Below are positions 58,654-64,000 of a stretch of DNA of 64,000 bases, in pieces. Position 1 is the first letter of the stretch, and each line of letters begins with the position of its first letter. The notes beneath the pieces are model-generated. The model was not told the DNA's origin, searched no databases, and saw only the letters and a list, made by a program, of their open reading frames with translations. Source of the stretch: a virus (taxonomy: Duplodnaviria; Caudoviricetes); the IMG/VR virus record IMGVR_UViG_3300024322_000001; one strand, given 5' to 3'. The translations under genes and the position numbers were made by a program.

Positions 58654-59191
58654 ATCCTAATTCTTTTAATCCTTCGATTGCAGGACCGATATCACCGCCT
58701 TTTACTCTAAAAGCTATTCCACCAGAAGCAATCCATTCTTTTATATTTGATTTTTTATCGTCTATTAATATACTGTTAGGATTAGCGTACCTTTGTTTAT
58801 CTGCTGAGTATGCAAATATAACTTTAGGGTTAGGAGATAGATTGTCCTTAGCCCACATATTTTTACCCAGCCTAGATCCATTATCTCTAGAAGGGGAGGT
58901 AAGTAGTGATGGATTATACTTAGAAATAAAGCTCCATAACTCTTGACCTCTTGGCATCCATGGCATTTTACTCCAAAACTTGATACCTACTTTTACGTCT
59001 ATAAGATTCCAGAATCCAGTGGTACCGTATTTATTTTCATACTCTTTAGGAGTCATTCCAGTGTAATGATCAAATCTACTTTCGAAGTCAGTTAATACTC
59101 CGTCCATATCGCAGTATATTTTATACTTCGGTAATTCTTTTTTTTCCGGTATTGGATAAGCTTCCAATAAGTCTACTATACTATTTTTCAT
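58646..59191 (-). CDS. HAD-family 5'(3')-nucleotidase-like phosphatase
   Basis: IYCDMDGVLTDF, LLTSP, ILIDD. Confidence 0.85.
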   Translation of the reverse strand: MKNSIVDLLEAYPIPEKKELPKYKIYCDMDGVLTDFESRFDHYTGMTPKEYENKYGTTGFWNLIDVKVGIKFWSKMPWMPRGQELWSFISKYNPSLLTSPSRDNGSRLGKNMWAKDNLSPNPKVIFAYSADKQRYANPNSILIDDKKSNIKEWIASGGIAFRVKGGDIGPAIEGLKELGYE

Positions 59192-59574
59192 GCAAATATT
59201 TTATAATTTTTTTCTTCGTTATAAGCAGCTACTTCATACGGGTGATTATTATAATCATAACCCATAGAGTAGTACCTTTTCATCCATAACGGAGACTGTA
59301 AATAATGTTGGTATTCATGAATAAGAGTTTCGATAATATGTTTTCTACTCTTCATATTAGGATAGTATACAACTATACTATTATCAGTATTATCAAACTC
59401 AGCATGACAACCATCTTCATCTCCTTGAGCATCTTCTTCTCCGCTATATCTAGCATAAATGTTATGATGTAACTCTACATAAGGAGTACAGTCGTAGAAC
59501 TTAGAATACCCATAGTACTTTTCAATCTTAGGATAAACTTCTTTAATAATACTGTTTACTTGTTCTCTAGTCAT
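59188..59574 (-). CDS. Zincin-like metallopeptidase
   Basis: TLIHEYQHYLQ...HPYEVAAY. Confidence 0.7.
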   Translation of the reverse strand: MTREQVNSIIKEVYPKIEKYYGYSKFYDCTPYVELHHNIYARYSGEEDAQGDEDGCHAEFDNTDNSIVVYYPNMKSRKHIIETLIHEYQHYLQSPLWMKRYYSMGYDYNNHPYEVAAYNEEKNYKIFA

Positions 59575-59593
59575 AACCTTTATTTTATATATA

Positions 59594-59623
59594 AATATAC
59601 GAAAAAATTAGGTAGTCTCCAAC
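59594..59623 (-). promoter_or_regulatory. Bacteroidota-type promoter GTTG-N20-TATATT overlapping a TATTTATA motif
   Basis: Conserved spacing. Confidence 0.6.
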
Positions 59624-60180
59624 TTTTCCAGTATGTCTTTTGAATTTATTTTTACTTTATATTGAATTTGAAGCTGCTTTATAACTGCTTCTTTTGCCCT
59701 ATTGTTACCTTTAAAAAAACTAAATACTAATGAAGATTGTAATTTATTTACTTTTCCTTCTATTGCAGAACAGCTATCTTCTAATAGTTTAGAATCCTCT
59801 TCTGTAATATCTACTTCTATATCGTTTTGAGTAGCATAGTTAATCAATCCCAAGTAATCATTATCTTCATAGTAAGTTTTAACAGTATTAAATTCATCTA
59901 CATTACCTCCTTTATCTGGATGTGCTTTTACTGATACTTTCCTGTATAATTTTTTTATTCTTTCTGGAGTTTTAGGTTTCGTAACTACTTCCTCGGGTTT
60001 ATCTTGTCTTATTTCTCCAGTTTCTTCGTTTCTCCAAAACTCTTTTTGAATATTATTAAAGTACTTACCAAATATATCTGTCCATTCTGTATGGTAATTA
60101 TCAAATTCTTTTTGTAAGTCTTCTAACTCTAACTTTAAAAATTCGTACTTATAGGAGTATTTCTTGAGTATACGAGACAT
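59608..60180 (-). CDS. J-domain (DnaJ-like) protein
   Basis: IKKLYRKVSVKAHPDKGG. Confidence 0.75.
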   Translation of the reverse strand: MSRILKKYSYKYEFLKLELEDLQKEFDNYHTEWTDIFGKYFNNIQKEFWRNEETGEIRQDKPEEVVTKPKTPERIKKLYRKVSVKAHPDKGGNVDEFNTVKTYYEDNDYLGLINYATQNDIEVDITEEDSKLLEDSCSAIEGKVNKLQSSLVFSFFKGNNRAKEAVIKQLQIQYKVKINSKDILEKLETT

Positions 60181-60185
60181 ACATC

Positions 60186-61514
60186 TTAATTAATATGTCC
60201 GTTAATTAACTTAGCAAGACCTTCTGCTAATAACTTAGCTTCATCCTGGAGTGGGTATATAGGGGTAGGTGTTTTTAGGGCTTCTTTAGGTTTGGTGGTA
60301 TTTTCATTTAAAGCATCATCTCCGTTTTTTAAACTATCTTCCCAATTTCTAAAGGTAATATTTCCGATTAGGTATGCTTCTTTTTCTATTTCAAGCAAGC
60401 TATCATCCTCGTTGGTATTTGTTGTACCGTACGTCTTTAGCCTACCTTCTATGTTTTGCATATGATGAACCATTTCATGTGAAAAGGATCTTACTATATC
60501 TTTATTATGTCTACCTTTAACGTATAAAACGATTTCCTTATTATTCGGATCATAATATGCTGTTTTACCAAAAAAGTTATTTGCAGCTACATCATCTTTT
60601 CTAAGCTTAACTTCAGGTAGAGGAACTATATTCATTTTCTGATCAAGCATATACTCTAATAAAGATGCTATATACTCTTTAAGTTTTGGAGCTCTCAACT
60701 CATCATCATTGTTAGATTCTGTAATTGGTACGTCAAACTTAACTACTATATTATCACTGTTAAGGTTTATATTAGTACCGCTAGGAATTAATCGAGATAT
60801 ATAATCATAAAGAAAGTTAAGTTTCTTTTTATCTACTGAACGAGTTATTTCTTCTATAGAGGTATCTTCTTTTTCAAAGTAACCTTCTACAAATCCAGAT
60901 AAATTACTACTTAATATTTCTGCAACTATTTTATCTTTTAAATCTGATAGTATGTTTAGGATTTCTTCTCTAGATAAAACTTCAGGAAAAAAATCTATAA
61001 TATTATCTAAATCACCGGCTAAAATACTTTTTCTAAAATCTGTTGCTCTTACTCCTGATCCGGGTGCTGCTGCTAATGCTAATCCTTGTACGTTAGGTGC
61101 ATTTTTAAAAGTTGTTACTCTTCTTAAGTCAACAAAATCTTTATCTCCTCTAATACCGGTTACAGATACAAACTCTTGATCAGGGTTAGCTTGTGCATAA
61201 TCTTTTGCAGCAAACATTGGATTAGATTCTCCATCGCGTATTTCAACATTACCTAAGTACTTAGAGTATACCTCCCATATAGACATTGATTCTTCCTTAC
61301 TTATACCGTTTCTCTCACCTGCTCCAACAAATACTATAACTTTATCTATCTTAGGTTTTTCACTACTTCTGCCTTTAAGAAGTTCTGCACCTGTTTCTTT
61401 GTAATTATCTTTATTGTATACAGAACCATTATAAGATCCATCTAGTAAAGATTTCACTACATTGAAATGACCTCTGTGAGGTGGTTTATATGCTCCTGGA
61501 TATAATGCTATCAT
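60186..61514 (-). CDS. HxGH nucleotidyltransferase fused to a zincin-like (HExxH) domain
   Basis: YPGAYKPPHRGH, VRATDFR; C-terminal RSFSHEMVHHMQ...EKEAY. Confidence 0.75.
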   Translation of the reverse strand: MIALYPGAYKPPHRGHFNVVKSLLDGSYNGSVYNKDNYKETGAELLKGRSSEKPKIDKVIVFVGAGERNGISKEESMSIWEVYSKYLGNVEIRDGESNPMFAAKDYAQANPDQEFVSVTGIRGDKDFVDLRRVTTFKNAPNVQGLALAAAPGSGVRATDFRKSILAGDLDNIIDFFPEVLSREEILNILSDLKDKIVAEILSSNLSGFVEGYFEKEDTSIEEITRSVDKKKLNFLYDYISRLIPSGTNINLNSDNIVVKFDVPITESNNDDELRAPKLKEYIASLLEYMLDQKMNIVPLPEVKLRKDDVAANNFFGKTAYYDPNNKEIVLYVKGRHNKDIVRSFSHEMVHHMQNIEGRLKTYGTTNTNEDDSLLEIEKEAYLIGNITFRNWEDSLKNGDDALNENTTKPKEALKTPTPIYPLQDEAKLLAEGLAKLINGHIN

Positions 61515-62452
61515 GCTAAAAATGCTTGTACTTTTGTATTTATTTCTGCTACTGAGGAATGTTTTAATTTTTCTTGAAATGTTGGGTTATAAATCATTTC
61601 TACAATATTATCTAGTACTTGATCTGCTTTTTCTTTTCTTTTTTTACTACTCTCTCTGTACTTATCAACTGTAGCTTTGAGTTTATCTTGCCCTGGGCCT
61701 ACTCCGTTTTTTCTGTAAGCTTTTAAAAATGCTATTTTTATAGCTTTATCTTCTGATCTGTTCTCTTTATCCCAACTTATACTACCTACATGTTTTATAA
61801 ATTCTTGTTCTTCCTCAGGTGTCATTTCTACTGGTACAAAGAATGAAGATCCTCCAACGTTATTATCTTCGTTAAATTTTTCTAAGTAATCTTTTACTCC
61901 ACTTAAGCCGGTTTTAGCAGCTTTGTCAAATCCTTCAACTTCTTTTTTGTACTTTCCTCCTCTATCACTAACGAATATAGATAAATTACCTTTTAATTGT
62001 CCATTAAAATCTTCTATTTTAGCATACACGTTTCTCCAGGTTGCAAAAACAGAGTCTCCAGGTATATTTCTTTCTCTAGCCATAAAGTTAGATACGTATG
62101 AGATCATAGGATGAGCATACACCATAACCATATAGACTTCATACCCTAAAGCAAGTAGTTTATCTAAGTTTTTTTGGAAACCTGCTCCTGATGCGGTAGT
62201 GTCCCAAACAAAGCTAATTTTTTCTTCTGCTGCTGCCATTGCGTCTTTGGACGTTTGGTTGGCTGCTGGTCCTAGTTTGTTGTAGTACGGGTGATCTTTG
62301 TCCTCCACGTACTTGTCTGGGTTGAATTGTATTAGGCTGTCTAGGGACAGTTGGTTTAATAAGTATGTTTTCCCTGACCCTGCTCCTCCTGCCATTATTA
62401 CTGCCTTCGGGGACGACTTGTCTTCTAGTATTAGTGTTGATAGCTTTATCAT
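61511..62452 (-). CDS. P-loop kinase (zeta toxin/AAA_33-like) with leader
   Basis: AGGAGSGKT, NPDKY, VWDTT, RER; leader MIKLSTLILE. Confidence 0.75.
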   Translation of the reverse strand: MIKLSTLILEDKSSPKAVIMAGGAGSGKTYLLNQLSLDSLIQFNPDKYVEDKDHPYYNKLGPAANQTSKDAMAAAEEKISFVWDTTASGAGFQKNLDKLLALGYEVYMVMVYAHPMISYVSNFMARERNIPGDSVFATWRNVYAKIEDFNGQLKGNLSIFVSDRGGKYKKEVEGFDKAAKTGLSGVKDYLEKFNEDNNVGGSSFFVPVEMTPEEEQEFIKHVGSISWDKENRSEDKAIKIAFLKAYRKNGVGPGQDKLKATVDKYRESSKKRKEKADQVLDNIVEMIYNPTFQEKLKHSSVAEINTKVQAFLA

Positions 62453-63044
62453 TGTTATTAAGTATTACTCTTTTATTATAATTAGTTCTTCTATTAGTAT
62501 TACTACTACTATTACGGCTAGTTGATAATCTAGAAGTTCTATATCCGTTAATATATGAAATATTTTCTCTTCTACTGTTATTCCATATTACATTATATCC
62601 TGGGTTGTTCCAAGGGCTTTGGTACCAATTCCTATAACCACTCCACCAATAGCTATTACTTCTCCAATAAGGTCTATTCCAACTATGCCAATTATTATAA
62701 GGGTACCCCCATACCCAATCATTCCACATTTGTGTTCTATCCCAATAGTAACTATAACCCCAATAGGGTCTATTCCAGTTATATCTATTACCTAGTAAAC
62801 GATTATTCCAATCAAATGAAGCTGGTTGGGATAAAGCATATTGTGCAAAATCGTATCTAAAATTAAAATCAGTTCTTAATTTATTCCGAACTTGAAATTC
62901 ATTTAGAGTATCTACTGTATAGTCTCCAGAAGAATAAATACCGTCTATATGACCAGCATGGTTTAATGCTGTATATTTAAATTGAACACCACAGCTAGTT
63001 AGTACTGATGTAATAAATAATGCTAATAGTATTCCTTTTTTCAT
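62214..63044 (-). CDS. Lipoprotein, Trp/Tyr/Asn-rich middle and Arg-rich tail
   Basis: Signal peptide II MKKGILLALFITSVLTS-C. Confidence 0.7.
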   Translation of the reverse strand: MKKGILLALFITSVLTSCGVQFKYTALNHAGHIDGIYSSGDYTVDTLNEFQVRNKLRTDFNFRYDFAQYALSQPASFDWNNRLLGNRYNWNRPYWGYSYYWDRTQMWNDWVWGYPYNNWHSWNRPYWRSNSYWWSGYRNWYQSPWNNPGYNVIWNNSRRENISYINGYRTSRLSTSRNSSSNTNRRTNYNKRVILNNNDKAINTNTRRQVVPEGSNNGRRSRVRENILIKPTVPRQPNTIQPRQVRGGQRSPVLQQTRTSSQPNVQRRNGSSRRKN

Positions 63045-63047
63045 ATA

Positions 63048-63830
63048 TTATAATTTTAGAGTTGTAGGGTAACTATTATAAATAGGTTCAACAACAGGAT
63101 GTTCTAAACTATATAATTTATATATCATTTTAAATAGTTCAAAATTCTTTTCAATTTCATCTATTTGAAGTACTTTCCATCCTTTTCCTTGGATAACATT
63201 TTTCTGTTTAGAAGGTCCTCTAGAATGAGCTTTTAACCATACGATACCTGTTCTTTCTATCTTTACTCCTTTTGATTCTTCTAACGCTTTAGCATAAGAT
63301 GCTAACTGTAAATCATAAGACTTATGAATAGAATTAGAAGTTTTAATATCTAGTAGCCAAACTTCTCCGTCAATCTTACATACTATATCTGCAGTTCCTG
63401 CATACTTATGTTCGTCAGACCATACAAATTCTTCTGCTGATATAAGTTCAGGTTTATATGTAGTCCAGAAATCATGAAACTTTAAAATCATTTCCCATAC
63501 TATTTGAGAGTATTTAGCATTTCCGTAATCATCCATCCAAGATACCTCTTCTCCTAGTATAAGTTTTTCACAAGCTTCATGTACTTGAGTTCCTTGTTTT
63601 CCTGCTCTTCGCATAATAAGATCGGCGTTATGCCCAACGTCTTTAAGCCAAGACTCAAAAAACTTATTTTTGGGCATATACTGGAGTATAGTGGTTACGG
63701 AAGGATAGTATACTCCTTCGCCTCTCTTATAAACTCTTCTATCTAAGAAATTAATCTGTTTAAGTTGTGGATTAAAATCTAATCTTTTCTTCTCATTTTG
63801 TTCAAGAATATTCATTCCTTGTTTTATCAT
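63048..63830 (-). CDS. PD-(D/E)xK exonuclease
   Basis: YPSVTTIL, GTQVH, YAGTADIV, LLDIKTS, QLASY. Confidence 0.85.
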   Translation of the reverse strand: MIKQGMNILEQNEKKRLDFNPQLKQINFLDRRVYKRGEGVYYPSVTTILQYMPKNKFFESWLKDVGHNADLIMRRAGKQGTQVHEACEKLILGEEVSWMDDYGNAKYSQIVWEMILKFHDFWTTYKPELISAEEFVWSDEHKYAGTADIVCKIDGEVWLLDIKTSNSIHKSYDLQLASYAKALEESKGVKIERTGIVWLKAHSRGPSKQKNVIQGKGWKVLQIDEIEKNFELFKMIYKLYSLEHPVVEPIYNSYPTTLKL

Positions 63831-64000
63831 AGGTCTAGTTTTTGCAACATTATTTTAGTAAAATCTAATTCTGTTGCATGCTGTACTAATTCGGTGAAGG
63901 CTTTAAAACCCATATCGGACGGGTCCTTACCGTTTAGCTCAATTAAAAATACTCTAAATCCTGCTGCTATAAGTTTTTCAGCTATCTCTAAAGCTTGGGT
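63827..64000 (-). CDS. DNA primase C-terminus (TOPRIM), truncated by the right window edge
   Basis: Manual translation TQALEIAEKLIAAGFRVFLIELNGKDPSDMGFKAF...KLDL*; ATGA overlap with the exonuclease. Confidence 0.65.
   Translation of the reverse strand, partial: TQALEIAEKLIAAGFRVFLIELNGKDPSDMGFKAFTELVQHATELDFTKIMLQKLDL

Noticed and set aside
63048-63830. Exonuclease as a CRISPR-associated Cas4
   Set aside because: Lacks the four-Cys Fe-S cluster pattern and has no CRISPR context; ordinary phage replication-region exonuclease next to primase.
1-64000. Stop-codon reassignment, tRNA genes, introns/inteins
   Set aside because: Genes are intact and densely packed under the standard code, with TAA, TAG and TGA all used as stops. 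No cloverleaf was seen in the short intergenic gaps. Terminase, portal and capsid are of ordinary length with no evident insertion.

Overview
Fragment of a large, AT-rich T4-like myovirus genome. All real genes lie on the minus strand. The host is probably in the Bacteroidota, inferred from GTTG-N20-TATATT promoters, A-rich Shine-Dalgarno-less starts and a lipobox lipoprotein. In transcription order (right to left) it contains: a primase C-terminus and an exonuclease; a ~25-kb head region (terminase, portal, prohead protease, scaffold, major capsid) interleaved with many acidic or basic accessory ORFs; PhoH; neck genes; large fibre/adhesin genes; a glycosyltransferase + PAPS-synthesis + sulfotransferase cassette; tail sheath and tube; a tail chaperone pair joined by a slippery site; tape measure; and baseplate genes. 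Best candidate for an undescribed system: a capsid-cargo system. About 15 unrelated ORFs begin with short shared leaders ending in [ILV]-x-E (five share a near-identical DNA leader, MNNF[DN]LRKFLxEN). Three 760-1030 aa ORFs look like polyproteins of small modules separated by [ILVM]-x-E sites, which matches the known specificity of T4 gp21-type prohead proteases. Second candidate: a self-contained phage sulfated-glycan pathway sitting among the tail fibre genes. Also seen: a +1/-2 frameshift candidate, a late-promoter-like motif that is the reverse complement of the T4 late promoter, two structured 5' leaders and a 239-nt same-strand gene overlap. No tRNA, rRNA, CRISPR or IS was recognised. 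All functional calls come from motif recognition and synteny, not database searches.
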